Positions 40,703 through 48,814 of a stretch of 64,000 nt of DNA are shown one piece after another. How positions within the stretch are numbered: the stretch's first letter is position 1; each line of letters begins with the position of its first letter. The DNA lies in the NCBI GenBank assembly GCA_963828695.1, contig CAWHFS010000001.1, positions 967,824-1,031,823 of the forward strand, written 5' to 3'. The notes under the pieces are model-generated. The model was given only the letters and a program-made list of their open reading frames with translations. It searched no databases and was not told where the DNA came from. The position numbers and the translations under genes are program-made. The stretch comes from an uncultured Alphaproteobacteria bacterium (GTDB lineage: Bacteria; Pseudomonadota; Alphaproteobacteria; Rhizobiales; Xanthobacteraceae).

Positions 40703-41725
40703 ATGAATCTCGGTGAACTGAACAAAGTGGCGCAAGCGATGGTCGCGCCCGGCAAAGGGATTCTCGCAGCCGATGAATCCTCCGGCACCATCAAGAAGCG
40801 CTTTCACGCCATCGGCGTCGAGTTGACGGAAGACAATCGTCGCGACTACCGCGAGATGCTGTTCCGCTCGGCTGAAGGCATGAAGCACATTTCCGGCGTC
40901 ATTCTTTATGACGAGACCATCTGGCAAAAAGCGAAAGACGGCACGCCGCTGGTCAAGCTGATCGAGAAGGCAGGTTCAATCCCGGGCATCAAGGTAGACG
41001 AAGGCACCAAGCCGCTGCCGTTCTGCCCGGGCGAAGTCATCACCTCCGGTCTTGACAGGCTCGCCGAGCGATTGCCGAAATATTATGAGCAGGGCGCCCG
41101 CTTCGCCAAATGGCGCGCGGTGATCGACATCGGCGAAGCCATCCCGAGTTACACATGTATTTCGACCAACGCGCATGCGCTCGCGCGCTATGCCGCGCTC
41201 TGCCAGGTCCACCAGATCGTACCGATCGTCGAACCGGAAGTTCTGATGGATGGCAGTCACGATATCGATCGCTGTTACGAAGTCACAGAGTTCGTGCTCA
41301 AGGAGACGTTTCAGCAACTCTATTATCAGCGTGTGAAGCTCGAAGGCATGGTGCTCAAGCCCAACATGGCGATCCCGGGCAAGAAAAGTGCAAAGAAAGC
41401 ATCGGTCGAAGAGGTCGCGGAAAAGACTGTGAAGCTCCTGAAGGCCTGCGTACCGGCGACAGTACCGGGCATCGCCTTCCTTTCGGGCGGCCAGTCAGAC
41501 GCGGAGGCTACCGCACATCTTGATGCCATGAACAAGATCGGCGGGCTGCCCTGGGCGCTCACCTTCTCTTATGGCCGCGCGCTGCAACATGCACCGCAAA
41601 TCACTTGGGCCGGCAAGAGCGAGAATGTGGCCGCCGCCCAGCGCGCATTTTCACATCGCGCAAGAATGAATGGCCTCGCCGCGCTCGGTCAATGGAAGTC
41701 CGATCTGGAAAAGAAGGCAGCGTGA
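40703..41725 (+). CDS. fba: Class I fructose-bisphosphate aldolase
   Basis: KGILAADES, FAKWR, PIVEPEV, LKPNM, FLSGGQS and FSYGRALQ. GGAGG precedes ATG 40703. Confidence 0.96.
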   Translation: MNLGELNKVAQAMVAPGKGILAADESSGTIKKRFHAIGVELTEDNRRDYREMLFRSAEGMKHISGVILYDETIWQKAKDGTPLVKLIEKAGSIPGIKVDEGTKPLPFCPGEVITSGLDRLAERLPKYYEQGARFAKWRAVIDIGEAIPSYTCISTNAHALARYAALCQVHQIVPIVEPEVLMDGSHDIDRCYEVTEFVLKETFQQLYYQRVKLEGMVLKPNMAIPGKKSAKKASVEEVAEKTVKLLKACVPATVPGIAFLSGGQSDAEATAHLDAMNKIGGLPWALTFSYGRALQHAPQITWAGKSENVAAAQRAFSHRARMNGLAALGQWKSDLEKKAA

Positions 41726-41758
41726 TCGTTACATCGAGAGCGATCATCAAAAAAACGT

Positions 41759-41841
41759 GTCATGCCCCGCGAAAGCAGGGCATCCAGTAGCCAACCGGAC
41801 AAATTGTGAGTACTGGATTGCCCGCCTGCGCGGGCAGCAAC
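41759..41841. repeat. REPIN-like element (two inverted REP hairpins)
   Basis: GTCATGCCCCGCGAAAGCAGGGCATCCAGTA ... TACTGGATTGCCCGCCTGCGCGGGCAGCAAC. Confidence 0.75.
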
Positions 41842-41874
41842 AGATAGTGTTTTTCGAACTAAAGGATGTGAAAC

Positions 41875-42507
41875 GTGATCGATCTCTACACATGGACCAC
41901 GCCGAACGGCCGCAAGGTTTCCATTGCATTGGAAGAGCTTGGCCTGCCCTACACTGTACATGCCATCGATATTTCCAAGGACGAACAGTTCAAGCCCGAA
42001 TTCCTGAAGGTGGCGCCGAACAACCGCATCCCGGCGATCGTCGACCGCGACAACAATCTGGCGCTGATGGAGTCGGGCGCGATCCTGATCTACCTCGCCG
42101 ACAAAACGGGGAAACTCATGCCGAAGTCGGGCGAGGCGCGCTACCGCGTGATCGAATGGCTGATGTGGCAGATGGGCGGTCCCGGCCCCATGCTCGGCCA
42201 GGTGCATCACTTCGTGAAATACAATAAGGGCAAGGCTCCCTACGCCGAGGAGCGTTACCTGAAGGAAGCGCACCGCCTCTACAAGGTGCTCAACACGCGC
42301 CTCGAAGGCCGAGATTTCGTCGCCGACGAGTATTCCATCGCCGACATCGCGATCTGGCCGTGGATATCGCGCTTCGAATGGCAAACCATCGACATGAAGC
42401 AATACCCGAACGTCCGGCGCTGGTACGAGACGATCGCCGTGCGTCCCGCGGTGCAGAAGGGCTACAAGGTTCCGAAGGATATGGGCCCAGTCCCGATGCC
42501 GGCCTAG
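41875..42507 (+). CDS. Glutathione S-transferase (Nu-class, YfcG-like)
   Basis: WTTPNGRK, PNNRIPAIVD, ESGAILIYLA and YSIADIAIWPW. Confidence 0.93.
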   Translation: MIDLYTWTTPNGRKVSIALEELGLPYTVHAIDISKDEQFKPEFLKVAPNNRIPAIVDRDNNLALMESGAILIYLADKTGKLMPKSGEARYRVIEWLMWQMGGPGPMLGQVHHFVKYNKGKAPYAEERYLKEAHRLYKVLNTRLEGRDFVADEYSIADIAIWPWISRFEWQTIDMKQYPNVRRWYETIAVRPAVQKGYKVPKDMGPVPMPA

Positions 42508-42576
42508 CAGGCACCCGCGGCATCCTGCCCGAACGGGTGTCAATTTTCCGCCCGATTGCGCTACCATGCGGGGGTC

Positions 42577-43236
42577 ATGGCACCGCGCCCCAAACATGCC
42601 GAGCCGCGCCCGGCACCACGGCTCTATCTGATTACGCCACGCGTCGACGACGCGCCGGCCTTTTCCCCAACCCTTGCCGCGGCACTCACGCAAGGTGATG
42701 TCGCCGCCGTACTGTTGCGTTTGTCAGATGCGGACGAGCGCACGCTGATCAATCGTGCCAAGGCGCTTTGCCCTGTCGCGCAGGAGACAGGTGCGGCGCT
42801 GCTCCTCGACGGTCACGCCGACCTGGTCGCGCGTGCGGGAGCCGATGGCGCGCATCTCACCGGCATTGCGGAATTCACAGCGGCGATCGAGCGTCTCAAG
42901 CCCGAGCGCATCGCAGGGGCCGGTGGCTTGACCACACGTCACGATGCCATGATCGCGGCCGAAACCGGCGCCGACTACGTGATGTTCGGCGAGCCGGACC
43001 AGTCGGGTGCGCGACCATCGTTCGACGCCATCGACGAGCGCGTCACCTGGTGGGCGCAAGTATTCGAGATTCCCTGCGTCGCATTTGCCGCCAGTGCCGA
43101 CGAGATTGCCCCGCTGGTGAAGGCGGGCGCCGAATTCATTGCGCTCGGCGACTGGCTGTGGCGCGAGCCACGAACCGTCGCAGCAACCGTCGCCGACGCC
43201 GCCCGCCACCTGCGCCAGCCGGAGACCGCGGCATGA
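42577..43236 (+). CDS. thiE: Thiamine phosphate synthase family protein
   Basis: RLYLITP, ADGAHL, HDAMIAAETGADYVMFG and IPCVA. Confidence 0.85.
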   Translation: MAPRPKHAEPRPAPRLYLITPRVDDAPAFSPTLAAALTQGDVAAVLLRLSDADERTLINRAKALCPVAQETGAALLLDGHADLVARAGADGAHLTGIAEFTAAIERLKPERIAGAGGLTTRHDAMIAAETGADYVMFGEPDQSGARPSFDAIDERVTWWAQVFEIPCVAFAASADEIAPLVKAGAEFIALGDWLWREPRTVAATVADAARHLRQPETAA

Positions 43237-44168
43237 GCGATGCCGGCCGCTGGACAATCGTCGCTGTTGCGGCCTTTGCGCTCGCAATGCCGCGCGTTGC
43301 GCAACCTGCAAAGAACCAGAGCGGTGTCGACCTCGCCTACGGCGCCTACCAGCGCGGCCATTTTCTGACTGCACTCGCCGAAGCGACCAAGCGCGCGCAA
43401 CAAAACGATCCCGCAGCCATGACGCTACTCGGCGAAATCTATGCGCAGGGCCTCGGCGTCGGCCGCAACGACGGCAAGGCGGCGGAGTGGTACAAGCTCG
43501 CAGCCGGACACGGCGACCGCGATGCCATGTTTGCGCTCGCGATGTTCAACCTGGCAGGCCGCGCCGGACCGCGCAATGAAGCTGAAGCCGCCCGACTTCT
43601 GGGCGAGGCCGCCAAACTCGGCCACCCTGCCGCCAATTACGATCTCGGCCTGCTCTATCTGCAGGGAAAGCAGTTTCCGCAGGATTTCAAGCGTGCCGCC
43701 GAGCTGTTCCGTGTGGCTGCCGATGCCGGTAACCCGGAAGCCCAATACGCGCTGGCTACCATGTACAAGGAAGGCCGCGGCGTGCCTAAGGACATACGCG
43801 AGGCCATACGGCTGATGGGCCAGGCTTCAGTTGCCGGCAATCTCGACGCCATGGTCGAATATGCCATCGCCGAGTTCAACGGCGAAGGAACACAGAAGAA
43901 TGAGGCAGCCGCAGCCGAGCTTTTCCTGAAAGCTGCCCGTCGCGGCAGCCCGATCGCCCAGGATCGGCTGGCGCGCATTCTGATGGCCGGGCGCGGCACC
44001 GCCGCCGATCCCACCGAAGCGATCAAGTGGCATATCATCGCCAAGGCCAGCGGCTCGAGCGATCCTGAACTGGACGCGTTTGCCGCCAAGCAGACGGCGG
44101 CGATCCGTTCCGCCGCCGAGCTGGCCGCCAAGAAGTGGCTTTCGACGGCGATTGCCCTGCGGCCTTGA
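43233..44168 (+). CDS. Sel1-like repeat protein, probably exported
   Basis: Start MSDAGRW by ATGA overlap with thiE. Repeats AMTLLGEIYAQGLGV, ANYDLGLLYLQG and AQYALATMYKEGRGV. Confidence 0.88.
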   Translation: MSDAGRWTIVAVAAFALAMPRVAQPAKNQSGVDLAYGAYQRGHFLTALAEATKRAQQNDPAAMTLLGEIYAQGLGVGRNDGKAAEWYKLAAGHGDRDAMFALAMFNLAGRAGPRNEAEAARLLGEAAKLGHPAANYDLGLLYLQGKQFPQDFKRAAELFRVAADAGNPEAQYALATMYKEGRGVPKDIREAIRLMGQASVAGNLDAMVEYAIAEFNGEGTQKNEAAAAELFLKAARRGSPIAQDRLARILMAGRGTAADPTEAIKWHIIAKASGSSDPELDAFAAKQTAAIRSAAELAAKKWLSTAIALRP

Positions 44169-44202
44169 CGGCGGACGCCCGCGCGGGCAGACCCCACGCG
44201 CC

Positions 44203-45000
44203 ATGCACCATTCCGCCCTGCTCAACGTCATGATCGCCGCCGCGCGCAAAGCCGCACGCGCCCTCAAGCGCGACTTTGGCGAGCTTGAAAAGCTCCAGGT
44301 CTCACTCAAAGGTCCGGCGAACTTCGTCACCGCTTCCGACCGCCGCGCCGAGGAAACGCTGTTTCAGGAACTGAGCAAGGCGCGGCCGGGCTATGGCTTT
44401 CTCGGCGAGGAAGGCGGCTCCCGCGAAGGCGCCGATAAGACCCATCGCTGGATCGTCGATCCCCTCGACGGCACTACGAATTTTATGCACGGCATTCCGC
44501 AATTCGCCATTTCGATCGCGCTTGAACGCGACGGCGCCGTCATCGCCGGCCTGATCTACAATCCGGTCACTGATGAGATGTTCATCGCCGAAAAGGGCAA
44601 GGGCGCCTTCCTGAATGAGCAGCGCATTCGCGTCGCCGCGCGGAAGCGACTTGGCGAGGCTGTGATCGCCTGCGGCTTGCCGCACCACGGTCGCGGTGAC
44701 GTTGCGCTGGCGCGCAAGGAAACCGGCGCCATGCAGGATCAGGTCGCAGGACTTCGCCGCTTTGGTGCCGCCGCACTCGATCTCGCCTGGGTCGCCGCCG
44801 GCCGTCTCGACGGCTATTGGGAGCGCGACCTCAAACCCTGGGACATGGCCGCCGGAATGGTCCTCGTTCGGGAGGCCGGCGGCTTCGTGTCCGATTGCGA
44901 TGGCGACAGCGACATATTCGGCAAAGGCCAGATTGCCGCGGGCAACGAGGCCATCCAGAAGGAGATCCTGCGCGTGCTCAGTGGTGCTGCCAAACCGTGA
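44203..45000 (+). CDS. suhB: Inositol monophosphatase SuhB
   Basis: FVTASDRRAE, LGEE, WIVDPLDGTTNF and WDMAAG. Confidence 0.94.
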   Translation: MHHSALLNVMIAAARKAARALKRDFGELEKLQVSLKGPANFVTASDRRAEETLFQELSKARPGYGFLGEEGGSREGADKTHRWIVDPLDGTTNFMHGIPQFAISIALERDGAVIAGLIYNPVTDEMFIAEKGKGAFLNEQRIRVAARKRLGEAVIACGLPHHGRGDVALARKETGAMQDQVAGLRRFGAAALDLAWVAAGRLDGYWERDLKPWDMAAGMVLVREAGGFVSDCDGDSDIFGKGQIAAGNEAIQKEILRVLSGAAKP

Positions 45001-45128
45001 CCCGACACCGCAATTTGAACTCAATCCGCCGTTTTACCTTGGGTTCCCGGGCTCCCCGTTTTTTCTTGTCACCGGACTGTGCGATACTGATTGGCCAATC
45101 CGGCTGCCGGCGCTAACGTTTAGGCCTC

Positions 45129-46106
45129 ATGGCAAAAGAACTCGATCCGCTCAAACTGTCCTCACCCCGCATCTTCCTGTTCAGGATGCTGGTGTTCATT
45201 GTGCTGGGCGGGCTCGTAACCTTTCTTTTGTACAAGCAGATCGCGGTCGCGTTCATGGCCAATCCCGGCCTGAACTCGCTGATCATTGCGGTGCTGGTCA
45301 TCGGCATTATTCTCGCGTTGCGTCAGGTACTGCGCCTTTATCCCGAAATTGCCTGGGTCAACAATTTCCGCCTGGCCGACCCCGGACTTGCGGTCGACAA
45401 GGCACCGGTACTGCTGGCGCCGATGGCGGCGATCCTCGGCAGCCGGGTCGGACGCATGGCGATCTCGTCACAGATGATGCGCGGCATTCTCAATTCGATC
45501 GCAACCCGCCTTGATGAGGCGCGCGACATCTCGCGCTACATGACAGGGCTTCTGGTGTTTCTCGGCCTGCTCGGCACGTTCTGGGGCTTGATCGAGACTG
45601 TGAGTTCGGTCGGCGGCGTCATCCAGGGACTGAAAGCCAGTGGTGATGCCGGCACGATGTTCGATTCCCTGCGCGAGGGGCTGGCCGCACCGCTCGGGGG
45701 CATGGGCATTTCGTTTTCGTCTTCGCTGTTCGGTCTCGCAGGCTCACTGGTGCTCGGCTTCCTCGATCTGCAATCGAGTCAGGCGCAAAACCGTTTCTAC
45801 ACCGAACTGGAAGACTGGCTCTCAACCACCGTCTATGACCAGGCCGCCGAACCCGGCCCTGCCGTCGGCGTCCCGGTCGAGATGCGGTCCGCTATCGACC
45901 GCTTGCGCGAGGCCATGAACGAGGTGAGCACCAGCAAAGGCGCCTCAACCGCCATGTCAAATCTGGCCGAGGCCATTCAGGGACTGGTGCACCACATGCG
46001 CACCGAACAGCAGATGATCCGAGACTGGGTCGACGGCCAAGCCGAACAACAGCGCGAGATCAAGCGGCTCCTGGAGATCATGGTGCGCGAAAAGGTCGAC
46101 CGCTAG
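45129..46106 (+). CDS. MotA/TolQ/ExbB family proton-channel protein (non-flagellar context)
   Basis: Four TM segments with LGLLGTFWGL and GMGISFSSSLFG, plus a helical cytoplasmic tail. Confidence 0.85.
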   Translation: MAKELDPLKLSSPRIFLFRMLVFIVLGGLVTFLLYKQIAVAFMANPGLNSLIIAVLVIGIILALRQVLRLYPEIAWVNNFRLADPGLAVDKAPVLLAPMAAILGSRVGRMAISSQMMRGILNSIATRLDEARDISRYMTGLLVFLGLLGTFWGLIETVSSVGGVIQGLKASGDAGTMFDSLREGLAAPLGGMGISFSSSLFGLAGSLVLGFLDLQSSQAQNRFYTELEDWLSTTVYDQAAEPGPAVGVPVEMRSAIDRLREAMNEVSTSKGASTAMSNLAEAIQGLVHHMRTEQQMIRDWVDGQAEQQREIKRLLEIMVREKVDR

Positions 46107-46121
46107 AAGTGGAGCCAGTAC

Positions 46122-47150
46122 ATGGCGCTTGCACGTACGCGCCGCGGCGACAGCGGCATGAACTACTGGCCGGGCTTCGTCGACGCGCTGTCGACGCTGA
46201 TCCTCGGCATTATCTTCCTGCTTACGGTGTTCGTGGTGGTGCAGTTCTATCTGCAGCAGGAAGTCGCAGGCAAGGACACCGCCCTCACCCGGCTTAACGC
46301 ACAGATCGCCCAGCTCACCGAACTCCTGTCGATGGAGAAGTCGGGCAAGGCCAATCTGGAAGACCAGTTGGCGCAATTGCGCGCAACGCTCGCGACTACC
46401 GAAGGCGACCGCGACAAATACAGAGGCCTTGCGGAAGGAGCCGGGGCAGGCGCCGAAGCAGCGCAAGGCAAGATCTCAACGCTCAGTGGCCAGCTTGAAG
46501 GCGAGAAAAAGATTTCGGCACGCGCGCTGGCGCAGGTCGAAATTCTCAACCAGCAAATCGCGGCACTGCGTCGGCAACTGGCGGCGCTGGAGATTGCGCT
46601 CGACGCGTCCGAGAAGAAGGACAAGGAATCACAGAGCAAGATCAGCGAGCTTGGCCAGAGGCTCAATCTGGCGTTGGCCGAGCGGGTGAAGGAATTGTCG
46701 CGCTATCGCTCCGACTTCTTCGGCAAGCTGCGCGAAATCCTTGGCAATCGTCCGGACGTCAGAATTGTCGGCGATCGCTTCGTGCTGCAGTCCGAATTGT
46801 TTTTCGATACCGGCAAGGCGGATCTGCTGCCGGATGCGCGCGCCGAATTGGACAAGGTGGCGAGCGCACTGATCGGGCTGGAACAGCAAATTCCAGCCGA
46901 TATTCCCTGGGTTTTGCGGGTTGACGGCCACACGGATGTGCGGCCGATCACTGGCGGCGTATTCAAGTCGAACTGGGACCTGTCGGCCGCGCGCGCCATC
47001 GCCGTGGTGCAATATCTCGTCGGCAAGGGAGTCAAGCCACAGCGCCTGGTTGCCGCCGGTTTCGGCGAATTTCAGCCGATTGATACCGCTACCACCGAGG
47101 ATGCCTACCGGCGGAACCGCCGCATCGAGTTCAAGCTGACCGAACGGTGA
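46122..47150 (+). CDS. MotB/OmpA-family peptidoglycan-binding protein with a long coiled coil
   Basis: TM WPGFVDALSTLILGII, coiled coil, and OmpA-like C-terminus VDGHTD...NWDLSAARA...AAGFGEFQP...NRRIE. Confidence 0.88.
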   Translation: MALARTRRGDSGMNYWPGFVDALSTLILGIIFLLTVFVVVQFYLQQEVAGKDTALTRLNAQIAQLTELLSMEKSGKANLEDQLAQLRATLATTEGDRDKYRGLAEGAGAGAEAAQGKISTLSGQLEGEKKISARALAQVEILNQQIAALRRQLAALEIALDASEKKDKESQSKISELGQRLNLALAERVKELSRYRSDFFGKLREILGNRPDVRIVGDRFVLQSELFFDTGKADLLPDARAELDKVASALIGLEQQIPADIPWVLRVDGHTDVRPITGGVFKSNWDLSAARAIAVVQYLVGKGVKPQRLVAAGFGEFQPIDTATTEDAYRRNRRIEFKLTER

Positions 47151-47605
47151 GCGCGCAAGAATGCACGCTGCGTCCCTACACCGCCGCTGACGAAGATGCG
47201 GCCATCGAGCTGTGGCGGCGAACCTGGGCGCACTATTTTCCCCATATCGATTTCAATGCGCGCGTTAACTGGTGGCGCGAGCGCTGGCGCCAGGAGCTGG
47301 TGCCGGTGGCAAAGATCGTGCTGGCGGAACGGGACGGCATCCTGGTCGGCTTCGTCACCGTTGATCCCAAAACGCTCTATCTCGATCAGATTGTGGTGGC
47401 GCCGGAAGCCTGGGGATCAGGCGTAGCGCTCGCGCTGCTTGGCGAAGCTAAACGGCTGTCGCCGCGGGGCCTCGAACTGCTCGTCAACAAGGACAATACC
47501 CGCGCCATTCGTTTCTACGAGAAACACGATTTTGCCTACGCGGGCGAGGACAAGAACCCGATATCCGGCAAGCCGGTGAACAAGATGGCCTGGCGGCCGC
47601 GTTAA
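47147..47605 (+). CDS. GNAT N-acetyltransferase
   Basis: YLDQIVVAPEAWGSGVA and LLVNKDNTRAIRFYEKHDF. Confidence 0.9.
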   Translation: MSAQECTLRPYTAADEDAAIELWRRTWAHYFPHIDFNARVNWWRERWRQELVPVAKIVLAERDGILVGFVTVDPKTLYLDQIVVAPEAWGSGVALALLGEAKRLSPRGLELLVNKDNTRAIRFYEKHDFAYAGEDKNPISGKPVNKMAWRPR

Positions 47606-47638
47606 GCAGCCGCCAGCCATGCCGCCATGATGTTGGCC

Positions 47639-48679
47639 TTACTTCGACAGATAGCTCCGGTGCACCCAACCGTCAGTGCGGGCAGTTTCGACCAGATAGG
47701 CCTTGTCGCTGTCGTGCATGATGCGGCGGATACCGAAATTGAGCGGTGTCTCGCTCGTCGTGCCCCCATTGCCATCGGTGATGAACGCTGCCGCTGCTTT
47801 GGATGACGGTGCCTCGTCCTTTGCATCTTGCCGGTGGATGATGGCTTCGATCGCGCTCGCGTCCAAAAGCTTCGGCCACATTTTCCGGAACAGACTATTG
47901 GAAGAATAGATTTCCGCGCTATTGAGCTTGCCGTTGACGGCGAAGACGAAGCCGACGATATCGTCAGCGGTCTCACCGGCTGCCTTGAACACGGCGACAT
48001 AGGCCCTGCGCACGTCTCCCAGTTTCCTGTTTTCGAGCGCCAGCTGCAGGCTGGTCGCGGATTCTGGTGCACGTACATTCGTGCCTGTTGCAGCGGTGAG
48101 CCGGTCCTGCGCGGTCTTCACCGTGTCCCACACCACCTGTTGGCGCGTGCCGGTCTCCATGGCGGCGTTGCCGGCTGCCGCCGGCAGCGAGGCTTGCATG
48201 GCAAGCTTCAATTCCCGCGACGGCACCGAGCCCGCCGAAGACGCAAAAGTACGAGAATCCTCGCCTTTTCGCGGCGACCAGCGTCCGTGCTCGACGCAGA
48301 ACGATGCAATCGGGACGCGGCCTGATTTCGCCGGCAGCAGCAGGCTGACCATCAAGGTCCGGTCCTGACGACCGCCCTTCACGATGTCGCCGGACTGTAC
48401 GAAAATTTCCTCGTCTCCAAGATTTTCGATAGCAAGGGTATTGACGTTGCCGGTCTCGGTAACCTGCACGACGCCCTTGTTCAGGCCCTCCGCCAATGTC
48501 AACGGTACCGGGCCCGGCTTCGACGCGCCGTGGACGAAATAGACGGCGAGATTTTCGTGAACGAGTGGTCCGGACAGGCGAACCGGTGCGGATTCCTGCG
48601 CGGCATGTGCGACGTGAACCGCGCCGACGATCAACAGCAAGACGGCAAGCGAATATCCAGCTGATTTGGACAACTGCAT
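47639..48679 (-). CDS. Secreted protein with an ARPP-1/DUF6569-like domain
   Basis: Signal peptide (VAHA-A), then HENLAVYFV, LTLAEGL, VNTLAIEN, GDIVKGGRQDR, IASFCVEHGRW, QQVVWD and GFVFAVNG...AEIYSS..LF.K.W.KLL. Confidence 0.65.
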   Translation of the reverse strand: MQLSKSAGYSLAVLLLIVGAVHVAHAAQESAPVRLSGPLVHENLAVYFVHGASKPGPVPLTLAEGLNKGVVQVTETGNVNTLAIENLGDEEIFVQSGDIVKGGRQDRTLMVSLLLPAKSGRVPIASFCVEHGRWSPRKGEDSRTFASSAGSVPSRELKLAMQASLPAAAGNAAMETGTRQQVVWDTVKTAQDRLTAATGTNVRAPESATSLQLALENRKLGDVRRAYVAVFKAAGETADDIVGFVFAVNGKLNSAEIYSSNSLFRKMWPKLLDASAIEAIIHRQDAKDEAPSSKAAAAFITDGNGGTTSETPLNFGIRRIMHDSDKAYLVETARTDGWVHRSYLSK

Positions 48680-48814
48680 GAACCCCTCCGAGTGAATCGT
48701 GAACGGGACGGGTACATGCTCACAATGCGTCGTGGCTGCCGCAGGGACGGGACAGGGCTGAAATCAGGCGCGGCCGTGGCAAATTAAATTCGACGCGATC
48801 TAACGATGATCGGG

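Noticed and set aside
42768-43232. N-terminal 155 aa of the 466-aa Sel1 ORF
   Set aside because: It overlaps thiE in another frame. The ATGA-coupled start at 43233 gives a signal-peptide-like N-terminus.
45129-47150. Zorya (ZorAB) anti-phage system
   Set aside because: No zorC/zorD/zorE or other defence genes nearby, the MotA-like tail is short, and the neighbourhood is housekeeping.
48690-48800. Possible ECF sigma promoter (TGTCCC-N16-CGAC) and short GGGACGGG repeats upstream of the ARPP-like gene
   Set aside because: Too short and GC-rich to distinguish from chance without a PWM or TSS data.
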